Shown in pieces: positions 19,997-29,378 of a stretch of 64,000 bases of DNA. The position numbers were made by a program, and so were the translations under genes. This DNA comes from Marinicella sp. (GTDB lineage: Bacteria; Pseudomonadota; Gammaproteobacteria; Xanthomonadales; Marinicellaceae), in the NCBI GenBank assembly GCA_965230295.1, contig OZ246001.1, forward strand, positions 800,001 through 864,000, in the 5' to 3' direction. The first letter of the stretch is position 1, and every line of letters begins with the position of its first letter. The notes under the pieces are model-generated. The model was given only the letters and a program-made list of their open reading frames with translations, ran no database searches and was not told the origin of the DNA.

Positions 19997-20213
19997 AATG
20001 GATTCTCCGAAATATAAATTAATAAGCCTATTATAACTTGAATTGGATGCATGAAGTACCAGACCAGTTCAAGAAAAACAGACCAACAAGCGTTCTTGCC
20101 AGTTAGCGATGAACTATAACAGGATGGGGATTAAATGATCGTAAAACAACACCCACAAAAAAAGAATCCAATATGACCAATCGAATTCAAATGATTAAAA
20201 CTCAATGAAACTG

Positions 20214-21107
20214 TTAAGCTTGTCGGCGCAATACCAGCCAACCGACAGACAACAACATCAGCAGCATAATCAACAGGCCAACCCGATCGATGGCAGGTAC
20301 TGGAACAGCAGAACCTCTTACGACGTTACAGCCTCCTGGTCCTGCAATGGCCAAAGATTCGATGCCAACCAAAGTTTCAGAAACCAAATTGGCTTGACCA
20401 GTGGCGGTATCAATTTTGAATATGCGTGAAGGAAATGGGTTCAATGGGTCTGACAAGCGAAGGTTAACAGCCATCCATAATTCACCTTCTTCATCAAAGG
20501 ACATACCAGAGCCTGCCAATTCAATGTCTCCACCCAAATCACCCAACGAGCCCACCAATGTGGTTTCAGCATTACTTGGGTTGATTTTATAAAGGTTGAA
20601 GTCACCAGACGCAATGGCATATAAGTCCTCGCCCCAGGCTGCCAAAGAAGTGAAATTGTGACCGGTGTTACCAATCAGAGCGGCGGCTCCTGTGGTGGTG
20701 TTGACTTCGAATAATTCCTGGGTATGTTTGACCACCATATATAGGCTGTCATTACAACCAAAACTCAAACCAAAGTCATAACTGTCCGGTATCGAACCAA
20801 AACCAAAATTTTGATTGGCATTGGCCACAGCAAATGCCCTGCCTTCATCGGGATTGATTTGAACCAAAGTTTTGGTGTTGTCATCAGCACCATACAAAGT
20901 ACCATTGGCTGACAATGCCAAACCTTCTACTGCGATGAAAGGGTCAGCGATTTGTCCCATGCTTTGGTAATCGCCAGTTTCAAGGTTAATTTGCACCAAA
21001 TGATCGGGGATTTCGAAATTATCGTCTGCCACGGAATAGGCCATCACTGCTGCATAGGAAGATGAGCAGATCGCCGTTAGCATCATTGTTATTGTTAGGC
21101 GCAGCAT
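20214..21107 (-). CDS. Secreted beta-propeller-like protein with IPTL-CTERM-type C-terminal sorting signal
   Basis: Signal peptide ending SSYA. About 45-aa repeats with L..IN..TG....G. C-terminus VPAIDRVGLLIMLLMLLSVGWLVLRR (motif, TM helix, basic tail). Confidence 0.75.
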   Translation of the reverse strand: MLRLTITMMLTAICSSSYAAVMAYSVADDNFEIPDHLVQINLETGDYQSMGQIADPFIAVEGLALSANGTLYGADDNTKTLVQINPDEGRAFAVANANQNFGFGSIPDSYDFGLSFGCNDSLYMVVKHTQELFEVNTTTGAAALIGNTGHNFTSLAAWGEDLYAIASGDFNLYKINPSNAETTLVGSLGDLGGDIELAGSGMSFDEEGELWMAVNLRLSDPLNPFPSRIFKIDTATGQANLVSETLVGIESLAIAGPGGCNVVRGSAVPVPAIDRVGLLIMLLMLLSVGWLVLRRQA

Positions 21108-21222
21108 GGCTAAATTATAGTTATATTTATGTTTTTATCGTATTTATGCAGATGTTAGCAAATAAAATCCCAATAAACAACTTTCTTTTTGTTGCAATTG
21201 TATCCGTTCATCATTGAAAAAA

Positions 21223-21795
21223 TCAGTCAGAAATCAACTGCGACGCCACATACTTGGCATAATTTTCAATGTTTTCAGTGTCTTTGAATTTACCATGTAA
21301 TGTTTTGGCCATATGCAAATAACCCACATACACCGAATATGACAACAAGGCCTGCTGTTTAGCCCGCGCTTCCTCATAACCAATCCCTTGGTATGACTTT
21401 TGAAGATATGACAACCGTTCCAAGGTGACTTCCTTCAAAACTTTGGCGACAAAATCATGCTGTCTGTCAGCCAAAAGTGTGGCATAGATCAAATGACTTT
21501 GTAACGGCTCAGCGCTCAACAAGAACCAAGCCTGTAAACGCTCATGCGCATCTGGGATGGACCATATTTTTTCTTTGATCACTGCACGGTCATCTTCTTG
21601 CCAACGTTTCAACGCCGCCACTATGAGGTCTTTGCGGTTGGTAAAATGCCAATAAAAGCTGCCTTTGGTGACACCCAGGTCTTTGGCAATGTTTTCTACT
21701 GCCACAGCACTGACACCTTGATGGGCAATCACATCTAAAGTGGCGACCTCCCAATCAGAAGGATTTAAAGATTTTCTTTTAGAATTGTTCTTCAT
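21223..21795 (-). CDS. TetR/AcrR family transcriptional regulator, divergent from fadE
   Basis: HTH VENIAKDLGVTKGSFYWHFTNRKDL. Confidence 0.93.
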   Translation of the reverse strand: MKNNSKRKSLNPSDWEVATLDVIAHQGVSAVAVENIAKDLGVTKGSFYWHFTNRKDLIVAALKRWQEDDRAVIKEKIWSIPDAHERLQAWFLLSAEPLQSHLIYATLLADRQHDFVAKVLKEVTLERLSYLQKSYQGIGYEEARAKQQALLSYSVYVGYLHMAKTLHGKFKDTENIENYAKYVASQLISD

Positions 21796-21868
21796 TTCTT
21801 TAAAATAGCATAGTTGGCTATTATCTTAACCAGTAATTGTGTAGGGTCAATGAGATTTTTTACTTTTC

Positions 21869-21921
21869 CATACGCATGCGTATTGACAAATTGACAACCA
21901 AACACCATACTATACCGTATG
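21869..21921 (+). promoter_or_regulatory. fadE promoter with two CATAC-N6-GTAT(G/T) operator palindromes
   Basis: CATACGCATGCGTATT (21869-21884) and CATACTATACCGTATG (21906-21921). TTGACA (21883-21888), 17-nt spacer, CATACT (21906-21911). Confidence 0.7.
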
Positions 21922-21945
21922 TTACTAACAAACTAGGAAACAACC

Positions 21946-24414
21946 ATGACTTTTTTGACATTATTAGGGCTGATTTTAGCGGCTACATTGGTGGCAGGCT
22001 ATTTCAGGATGAGTGTAACCGGCTGGACCATTTTAACCGCTGCGACACTGATTTTAGGCATTGTGTACATTGACAGCGGGTTTTTCCCTGCTTTCTTTGC
22101 AATATTGCTGTTTGCCGCACCAGCTGTTTTCTTAAATTCAAAGGCTTTGCGCCAACAATACTTCACCAAAGGTTTTTTAAAGTTCTACCGCAAAGCATTG
22201 CCTGAACTTTCAGAAACCGAAAAAGTGGCTTTGGAAGCCGGCACAGTCTATTGGGATGCTGAACTGTTCACTGGCAACCCTGATTTCAAAAAACTGCATG
22301 ACATCAAACAACCTGAACTGAGCAGCGATGAAAAAGAATTCTTAGCCGGGCCGGTCGCCGAGTTGTGCAGCATGCTGGATGAACATGAATACAACCATGA
22401 AAAAGGTGACATGCCGCAAGAAGTTTGGGATTTCATCATGAAAAAGAAATTTTTTGCCATGATCATCCCCAAAAAATATGGCGGTTTGGGTTTTTCAGCC
22501 TTGGGTCATTCGGCCGTTCTACAGAAAGTTTCCTCAAGAAGTGGCGTGGCAGCAGCCACCATTGCAGTACCCAACTCACTGGGACCTGCTGAGCTGTTAT
22601 TAGAATATGGTACAGAAGAACAAAAGGACCATTACCTGCCCCGGTTGTCCCAAGGACTTGAAATCCCTTGTTTTGGCTTGACCGGTCCATCTGCCGGCTC
22701 AGACGCCACCTCCATTCCTGACACCGGTGTGGTTTGCAAAAAGAAAATCAACGGTCAAGAAGTTTTGGGTATTAACCTCAACTTCGACAAACGTTACATC
22801 ACTTTGGCACCTGTGGCCACTGTGGTTGGTTTGGCCTTCCAAATGATGGACCCTGATAATTTACTGGGTGATAAAAAACAACTTGGTATCACCCTGGCTT
22901 TGGTTCCAAGAGATACCAAAGGCATGGAAATAGGCAACCGCCATTTACCCTTGGATGTGATGTTCATGAACGGCCCAATCCGCGGTAAAGACGTCTTCAT
23001 TCCTATGGACTACATCATCGGCGGTCAAGACATGATCGGCCATGGTTGGCGTATGCTGGTTGAATGTTTGTCTGTGGGCCGGGCGATCTCACTGCCTTCA
23101 TGCTCGACCGGTGGCGCCAAAATGGTGGCATTTGCCACTGGTGCCTATGCCAGAATCCGTAAGCAGTTCAATTTACCCATTGGGCGTTTTGAGGGCATAG
23201 AAGAAGCCTTGTGCCGCATTGCAGGTAAAACCTATTCATGTGCTGCACTGTCTACCATGACGGCGTTGGCTGTTGACCGCGGTGAACGACCTGCTGTCCC
23301 ATCGGCCATTGCTAAAATGCATGCCACCGACATGACCCGCAGCATGATCACAGACTCTATGGACATCCATGGAGGTAAAGGCATCATCATGGGACCAGGA
23401 AATTATTTGGGCAGGGCTTGGATGGGCGCACCCATCTGGATCACCGTGGAAGGGGCCAACATCCTGACGCGCAGCATGATTATATTTGGCCAAGGCGCCA
23501 TTCGATGCCATCCTTATGTACTCAAAGAAATGGAAGCGGCTTATTTACCAGATATGGAAGAGTCTTTACAACAATTTGATAAGGTGTTGTTCCAACACAT
23601 GGGTTATTCATTCCAGAATGGCGTCAGATCATTCTTCCAGGGCTTAGGTACTTGGCGCCTGGAACGCAGTCCTGGTGACAAATTCACCAAACAGTTTTAT
23701 TCAAAAATCACCCGTTACAGCGCCGCTTTTGGTTTTGCGGCAGACGTATCGATGCTGACCTTAGGTGGTTCACTGAAAAAACGGGAAAAAACTTCGGCCC
23801 GTTTGGGTGATGTACTCAGTCATCTCTATATGGCTTCAGCTGTACTGAAACGATACCGGGATCAAGGCAAGCAGCATGCTGATCAACCCATTGTTGCCTG
23901 GGCCATGCACCATCATTTCTATGAAATTGAACAAGCCCTGAAAATGTTGTCTTACAACTTCCCAAGCAAAGGTGTGGGCATGTTCTTACGCCGGGTGATC
24001 TTTCCATTAGGCACCCATGAGCTGCCTCCAGGTGATCGCTTAGGCCACAAAGCGGCCAGCTTGTTGTTGTCACCCAATGAAACCAGACAGCGATTAACTG
24101 ATGGTATCGACAAAGATGAATCTGAGCATCACTTTGTGGCTAAGATGAATCATGTGTTAGCCAAAGTGATTGACACTGAGCCATTAGAAAGGCGCGTCTT
24201 GAAGGCCATCAAAGGTGGTGAAATCAATGAAATTGATCCAGCCAAGCAATTGGCGCAAGCCTTAGAAAAAGAAATCATTTCCAAGAGTGAATTCAACTCA
24301 TTGACCAAAGTCAGGGCTCAAGTGGCTGAAATTATTGCTGTCGATGAATTCCCATTTGATGCTTTTGATCGAACCAAAGCACAAGATGAGAGTGAACAAA
24401 GCAAAGTGGCTTGA
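21946..24414 (+). CDS. fadE: Acyl-CoA dehydrogenase, FadE type with N-terminal membrane anchor
   Basis: 822 aa. SETEKVALEAG, VPNSLGPAELL, CFGLTGP.AGSDA, KRYITLAP, ITVEGANILTR, DUF1974-like C-terminus. Confidence 0.95.
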   Translation: MTFLTLLGLILAATLVAGYFRMSVTGWTILTAATLILGIVYIDSGFFPAFFAILLFAAPAVFLNSKALRQQYFTKGFLKFYRKALPELSETEKVALEAGTVYWDAELFTGNPDFKKLHDIKQPELSSDEKEFLAGPVAELCSMLDEHEYNHEKGDMPQEVWDFIMKKKFFAMIIPKKYGGLGFSALGHSAVLQKVSSRSGVAAATIAVPNSLGPAELLLEYGTEEQKDHYLPRLSQGLEIPCFGLTGPSAGSDATSIPDTGVVCKKKINGQEVLGINLNFDKRYITLAPVATVVGLAFQMMDPDNLLGDKKQLGITLALVPRDTKGMEIGNRHLPLDVMFMNGPIRGKDVFIPMDYIIGGQDMIGHGWRMLVECLSVGRAISLPSCSTGGAKMVAFATGAYARIRKQFNLPIGRFEGIEEALCRIAGKTYSCAALSTMTALAVDRGERPAVPSAIAKMHATDMTRSMITDSMDIHGGKGIIMGPGNYLGRAWMGAPIWITVEGANILTRSMIIFGQGAIRCHPYVLKEMEAAYLPDMEESLQQFDKVLFQHMGYSFQNGVRSFFQGLGTWRLERSPGDKFTKQFYSKITRYSAAFGFAADVSMLTLGGSLKKREKTSARLGDVLSHLYMASAVLKRYRDQGKQHADQPIVAWAMHHHFYEIEQALKMLSYNFPSKGVGMFLRRVIFPLGTHELPPGDRLGHKAASLLLSPNETRQRLTDGIDKDESEHHFVAKMNHVLAKVIDTEPLERRVLKAIKGGEINEIDPAKQLAQALEKEIISKSEFNSLTKVRAQVAEIIAVDEFPFDAFDRTKAQDESEQSKVA

Positions 24415-24440
24415 TTAACTGACTCTGAGCTACGGAAATA

Positions 24441-24474
24441 GAGCCCATTTGCTTCAATCGAATGGGCTTTTTTT
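24441..24474 (+). terminator. Rho-independent terminator after fadE, overlapping the glnE 3' end
   Basis: GAGCCCATTTG-N7-CGAATGGGCTT followed by a T run. Confidence 0.7.
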
Positions 24475-26889
24475 ATGCTTCAACAATTTAGGTTTATCAG
24501 CATCAATCAAACCTTTATCCAACAGTATTTGCTGTAATTCTGACAAACTGCTCACAACCAATAACTCCGGTTCTGTCCAACTGTGTTTTAACACCCCTGC
24601 CAAAACTGCAAATTCACTGTCATGGGATTTCCCGGTTGAAGTATGTCGCAGTTTTTCAACCATCTCCTGCAAAGCTTGGTCTACTGATTCTGCCGGTCTT
24701 TTGATAGACAACACCTGTTCACGAAAGGCCTTATGCCACTGTCGCTGTTGCTTGGTACCGACCAAAAGTTTTGACTTGACCATGGCAGCATGTTCCCAAA
24801 CCCAAGCTTCATGCAATTGATAACTTTCAAACTGCTTTCGGGTCGTCACCAATGGGCCAGAATGGCCATTGGGCCTGAGCTGCATATCCAAGTCATAGAG
24901 TTTGCCGTGGTACATCTGACTGGTGAGGTGATGGATCACACGTTTGACCCATTTTTGGGTGAACAACTGCTGTTCAGCTTGACTCAGATCAGCATCAACC
25001 AGAAAGACCAAATCAAGGTCAGACCCTACAGTCATGTCATTGACTGCAGCTGAACCATAAGCAATCACCATCAAAGAATCTGATGTCATAGAAATTTGCG
25101 GAAATTTTTGCGCGATCTCATGAAAACAATATTGCACCACCTCGGCCAAAATGAACTGTGCCAACGTGGTCATTTGCTGACCTATTTGAGTCCTGGTAAC
25201 CCTTTGATCAACCCAACCCATGATCCAATTGAATTGCTGTGCCAATTTAAAGTTTCGGATGGCTTCCATCCAACCTTCCAAATCGTTTTGAACAGCTTGT
25301 GATTGCCACAAAACTTGTAATTCATCAGCTGAATCTATGGCGGCTTCATGCTGCTCAAACAGTTGCTCCAACAACATGGGGTAAGCTTGTAATTGATTGA
25401 CAAAATAAGGGCTTTGACCCAGTAATTGCAATACCTTTCGAAACACATTAGACTCTTTTTGCAGCATCAATAAGTAACTGGGTCTGGTTAATAGCTTTTT
25501 AACCAAATCTATGAAGTCTTGTAACACCGCTGGTTGATCCATACTCACAGCCATCCTCACCAATTGTTCCACTTGCTCGCTGCGGTCTTGAGGCAGCCTG
25601 TTTACTGGCAGCTGTGCCATTAACTGTTGGCAAGTTTGCTGTTGTTCTGGCAATAAAGATTCTTCGGCATCACTGGATTCAAACAATTCAGCAAACAAGC
25701 TACTGACGGTTAACCGATGATTCTCCAACTTGTTTTTAAAATCTTCCCAATCGACACATTCAAAGGCTTCTGCTAAGACTTGCCTGACCGTTCCATTGTC
25801 ACTGATTTCATGGGTGTCTTGATCAGCCACAGATTGGCTGATGTTCTCAGTTTTTCGCAACCACAGCCATGCCATGTGCAGTAAGTCAGCCTCTTTTGGC
25901 TTCAATTTTCTGGCAGCTGCCAAGGCCTTGATCTGTGGGCTGATGGAGTTGCCTTGAAGTTGGGTGTTGCGTCCCCCAAAAACCATTTGTAGACTCTGAA
26001 CAATGAATTCCACCGCCCTGATGCCGCCGGACCCTTGTTTTAAATCATCATGACTGAAACTGAGATTGCCGGCAATTTCAGTTTTGATGTGCGCCAGAGA
26101 TTGGAACACGGCATAATCCAAATGCTTGCGGTAAATGAATGGCAAAACATCTCTCATCACGGTAGCCTGTAATGAGGGTTCACCGCCCACCATGCGGGCG
26201 CGCATCCAGGCAAATCGTTCCCATTCACGGCCCTCATACAACAGGTATTGTTGAAAAGCGGCAACCGTACAAACCAAAGGAGCTGCAGAACCAAATGGTC
26301 GCAAGCGCATATCGACACGGTAAACCTGGCCATCCTGGGTGAAATGATCCAATAATTTGATGATTTTCTGGCCTAAACGGACAAAATATGCGGCTGCTGG
26401 CAATGACTTTCGGCCATTCGATGCACCATCAGAACGGTACATAAATACCAAATCCACATCTGACGAGTAGTTCAATTCATAAGTACCCAGTTTACCTAAT
26501 GAAAACACCATCAACTCAACCACTTCACCTTGGGCATTGACCACCTGACCATACCTCTCAGACATTTCAGCAGCTGCCATAGCATGGGCCTGGATGATCA
26601 TCAGGTCAGCCAAGGCAGAAACCCGATGCATGGTGCCCAGGTGTTGTTCAACGGGCAAGAACAAGTCTTGATAGGCTAAATATGCCAACCTGGATTGCCT
26701 GAATATCCGCAACATGGCATAACAATCAACTGTGGTGTGTCTGGCTTGATAAGCAGCTAAAAAGGTGTCCCAGTCCTCTTGCAGATCATATAAACCTAAG
26801 TCGGGATAACGGTGAGTGACGCCTTCAATTGCTGACCACTGAGTTTGTAAGAATGGAAACTCCGGCAACCAATTGGGGGCCGTCATCAT
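24454..26889 (-). CDS. glnE: Glutamine synthetase adenylyltransferase / adenylyl-removing enzyme, shortened
   Basis: N-terminal domain LGKLG.YELNYSSDVDL, RVDMRLRPFGS.G, GREWER.A. C-terminal domain SDLDLVF, LYDLDMQLRPNG.SG, AWVWEH.A. Confidence 0.87.
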   Translation of the reverse strand: MMTAPNWLPEFPFLQTQWSAIEGVTHRYPDLGLYDLQEDWDTFLAAYQARHTTVDCYAMLRIFRQSRLAYLAYQDLFLPVEQHLGTMHRVSALADLMIIQAHAMAAAEMSERYGQVVNAQGEVVELMVFSLGKLGTYELNYSSDVDLVFMYRSDGASNGRKSLPAAAYFVRLGQKIIKLLDHFTQDGQVYRVDMRLRPFGSAAPLVCTVAAFQQYLLYEGREWERFAWMRARMVGGEPSLQATVMRDVLPFIYRKHLDYAVFQSLAHIKTEIAGNLSFSHDDLKQGSGGIRAVEFIVQSLQMVFGGRNTQLQGNSISPQIKALAAARKLKPKEADLLHMAWLWLRKTENISQSVADQDTHEISDNGTVRQVLAEAFECVDWEDFKNKLENHRLTVSSLFAELFESSDAEESLLPEQQQTCQQLMAQLPVNRLPQDRSEQVEQLVRMAVSMDQPAVLQDFIDLVKKLLTRPSYLLMLQKESNVFRKVLQLLGQSPYFVNQLQAYPMLLEQLFEQHEAAIDSADELQVLWQSQAVQNDLEGWMEAIRNFKLAQQFNWIMGWVDQRVTRTQIGQQMTTLAQFILAEVVQYCFHEIAQKFPQISMTSDSLMVIAYGSAAVNDMTVGSDLDLVFLVDADLSQAEQQLFTQKWVKRVIHHLTSQMYHGKLYDLDMQLRPNGHSGPLVTTRKQFESYQLHEAWVWEHAAMVKSKLLVGTKQQRQWHKAFREQVLSIKRPAESVDQALQEMVEKLRHTSTGKSHDSEFAVLAGVLKHSWTEPELLVVSSLSELQQILLDKGLIDADKPKLLKHKKSPFD

Positions 26890-27986
26890 CTGGCCTGTAA
26901 ATAAGCCATTTCAGATATATTCAGCCAGGACTTGGTTTGACTCGCAAAATTTTGATAAGACTGATAGATCTCATTGGATAAGTCGCTGTGTTGACTTAAC
27001 TCTAACAACACTTCATCTGCATAGACTTTGAATTCCCCCAACACTTCTTGGGGGAATTGACGAATTTGAACTTGATGTTCATTCTTTAATGCATCCAAGG
27101 CCCGCTGGTTGTTGGCGGTGAAATCTGACAGCATGTTCTGATTGGCAGCCATGGCAGCCAATTCAACCACCGCTTGCAAATCCTCAGGCAATTGATCAAA
27201 TGCGTCTTGATTGACAAGGCCTTCAATACATGCGGTTGGTTCATGCCAGCCCGGGTAATAATAAAATTGAGCGGCTTGATATAAACCGAATGCCAAATCA
27301 TTGTATGGACCGACCCACTCTGTGGCATCAATGGTTCCTGTTTGCAAGGCGGTGAATAATTCTGCACCTGGTAAAGCTTGCGGTGTGCCGCCAGCTCGGG
27401 ATAACACTTCCCCACCCATGCCTGGAATCCTCATCACCAATCCTTTGATGTCCTCTTTGCGGTTAATTTCTTTATTGAACCAACCACCCATTTGAACCCC
27501 TGATTGTCCAGCTGGAAATGGTTTCAAACCAAACGGTGCATAGGCTTTTTGCCACAACTCCAAGCCACTTCCATGGTACAGCCATGCATTCATTTCATTG
27601 GCATTCATGCCAAATGGCACCGCCCCAAAGTACTGGGCCTCTGGCAATTTCCCTTTCCAGTAGTAAGCCGCACTGTGACCCATTTGTGCCGTACCGGCCG
27701 AAACCGCATCAAACACCTCAAATGCAGGTACCAGCTCACCACTGCCATAAACCTTAACCGTTAATCGACCACCAGACATGTTGGTGATGGCATCGGCTAA
27801 AAATTGTGCACCTGTGCCCAGCCCGGGGAAATTTTTTGGCCAAGCTGTCACCATTTTCCATTGAATTTTTTCTTTGGCAGTGACTTTCTGAGCATTCTTA
27901 TCAGAGGCTGATTGGTTGTTACAGGCACTCAACCCCACAGCTGCTGAAGCCAACGCAGCTGTCTTCAATACTTTTCTTCTGTCCAT
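26886..27986 (-). CDS. TRAP transporter substrate-binding protein (DctP family, TakP-like), Tat-exported lipoprotein
   Basis: MDRRKVLK twin-Arg signal plus LSAC lipobox. WKMVTAWP, SAAYYW.GK, QMGGWF.KEI, MRIPG, DATEWVGPY.D, YYPGWHEP. Confidence 0.92.
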   Translation of the reverse strand: MDRRKVLKTAALASAAVGLSACNNQSASDKNAQKVTAKEKIQWKMVTAWPKNFPGLGTGAQFLADAITNMSGGRLTVKVYGSGELVPAFEVFDAVSAGTAQMGHSAAYYWKGKLPEAQYFGAVPFGMNANEMNAWLYHGSGLELWQKAYAPFGLKPFPAGQSGVQMGGWFNKEINRKEDIKGLVMRIPGMGGEVLSRAGGTPQALPGAELFTALQTGTIDATEWVGPYNDLAFGLYQAAQFYYYPGWHEPTACIEGLVNQDAFDQLPEDLQAVVELAAMAANQNMLSDFTANNQRALDALKNEHQVQIRQFPQEVLGEFKVYADEVLLELSQHSDLSNEIYQSYQNFASQTKSWLNISEMAYLQAR

Positions 27987-27998
27987 TAAAATCCCTGC

Positions 27999-28466
27999 TT
28001 ATTTACAAAACCGTTGGATGCCCAAGCGGGCGTTTTTCAATGCATTGACCCTTTCATCATCAGTCATTCTGACCACCTGTCCATTGGCATCTCTTCGAGT
28101 CACTCGTGTGGTGGCATTTAAAGCATCATAGTTTCTGCGGGCCAACTCGCATTGCTTTCTGTTGTTCACCCTGTCTGCCTCAGCCAATTGCTTTCTGGCC
28201 GCTTCTTCTGCTGCGGCTTCTTCTTCAATTTCTTCGTCGGTCAACTCTTCTGCCACAGCTGCCCCACCCTCACTGGCTTGCTCTTCAGCTGGTTGTGGCG
28301 TGACTGTAGGGCCTTTTCTGATTTTTACAGTTTCAACGGGCTGGTTTTCTGGTTTTTGAGATGAATAGTGAATTTGCCCATTTTCATCAACCCATTTATA
28401 GATTTTCTCAGCCCAAACCGGACTTGAAATCACCAAAATAAAGGCCATTGTTATTAACTTAGACAT
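27999..28466 (-). CDS. DUF4124 domain secreted protein
   Basis: Signal peptide, IYKWVDENGQIHYS..P, acidic linker, C-terminal C..AR.N...L and terminal Cys. Start moved to ATG 28466. Confidence 0.85.
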   Translation of the reverse strand: MSKLITMAFILVISSPVWAEKIYKWVDENGQIHYSSQKPENQPVETVKIRKGPTVTPQPAEEQASEGGAAVAEELTDEEIEEEAAAEEAARKQLAEADRVNNRKQCELARRNYDALNATTRVTRRDANGQVVRMTDDERVNALKNARLGIQRFCK

Positions 28467-28574
28467 ACATTTCTCCAACGTTTTCGTTTCATCTTAGAAA
28501 TTTTACCATCAAATTTCAAGCGAGGGTTAGCTCAAATCTTGTACAATGAACATTAACTAAATTAACAGAAAAGC

Positions 28575-29378
28575 ATGACAAAATTAGACACCGCTAAACG
28601 CAAAGGCATATACCTGCTGCCCAACTTATTCACCACAGGTGCCCTGTTCGCAGGGTTTTACTCCATCATTGCCGGGATTCAAGGCAAATATGAGATGGCT
28701 TGCTTTTGTATTTTTATTGCCGCCTTGTTGGATGCATTGGACGGTCGTGTTGCCCGATTAACCAACACTCAATCAGAATTTGGGGAACAGTACGACTCCA
28801 TGTCTGACTTGGTGTCTTTTGGCGTAGCCCCCGGATTATTGATGTTCAACTGGTCCCTGTTTCACCTCACATCGGTACATCCGGTGATGGGTAAAATCGG
28901 CTGGCTGGCGGCGTTTATTTTTACCGCCAGTGGTGCATTGCGACTGGCCAGATTCAACACCCAAATAGGTGTGATCGACAAAGCTTACTTTCAAGGGTTG
29001 CCTTCACCAGCAGCAGCGGCAGTCATCAGTTCATTTGTTTGGATTTGTGTAGATTTAGAGCTGGTAGGGGCAGATTTGAAATACATCGCTTTACCATTGA
29101 CGGTTATCACTGGTTTGTTGATGGTATCCAGAATCCGATATTATTCATTCAAAACCATACCATTCAAAGAAAATGTATCATTCATATGGATTTTATTGTT
29201 GGTTCTGGTGTTTGTGTTACTGACCATAAAAACAGCCTGGGTGTTGTTTGTGGTTTTCACCGGGTATGCATTTTCAGGCATTGTTTTTACCATGGTCAGC
29301 ATCAAGCGCAAAAGGGCGATGAAAAAAACATCCAATGATGATGCAGACAAAATCCGGAAAGAAGACGATGAAGACTGA
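28575..29378 (+). CDS. pssA: CDP-diacylglycerol--serine O-phosphatidyltransferase (type II)
   Basis: KGIYLLPNLFT, DALDGRVAR...S.FG.QYDSMSD..SFGVAP, LRLARFN, FQGLPSP. Confidence 0.94.
   Translation: MTKLDTAKRKGIYLLPNLFTTGALFAGFYSIIAGIQGKYEMACFCIFIAALLDALDGRVARLTNTQSEFGEQYDSMSDLVSFGVAPGLLMFNWSLFHLTSVHPVMGKIGWLAAFIFTASGALRLARFNTQIGVIDKAYFQGLPSPAAAAVISSFVWICVDLELVGADLKYIALPLTVITGLLMVSRIRYYSFKTIPFKENVSFIWILLLVLVFVLLTIKTAWVLFVVFTGYAFSGIVFTMVSIKRKRAMKKTSNDDADKIRKEDDED

Noticed and set aside
19997-20213. 217-nt intergenic region between tatA and the IPTL-CTERM gene
   Set aside because: Contains a plausible tat promoter, but no convincing hairpin, repeat or small ORF.
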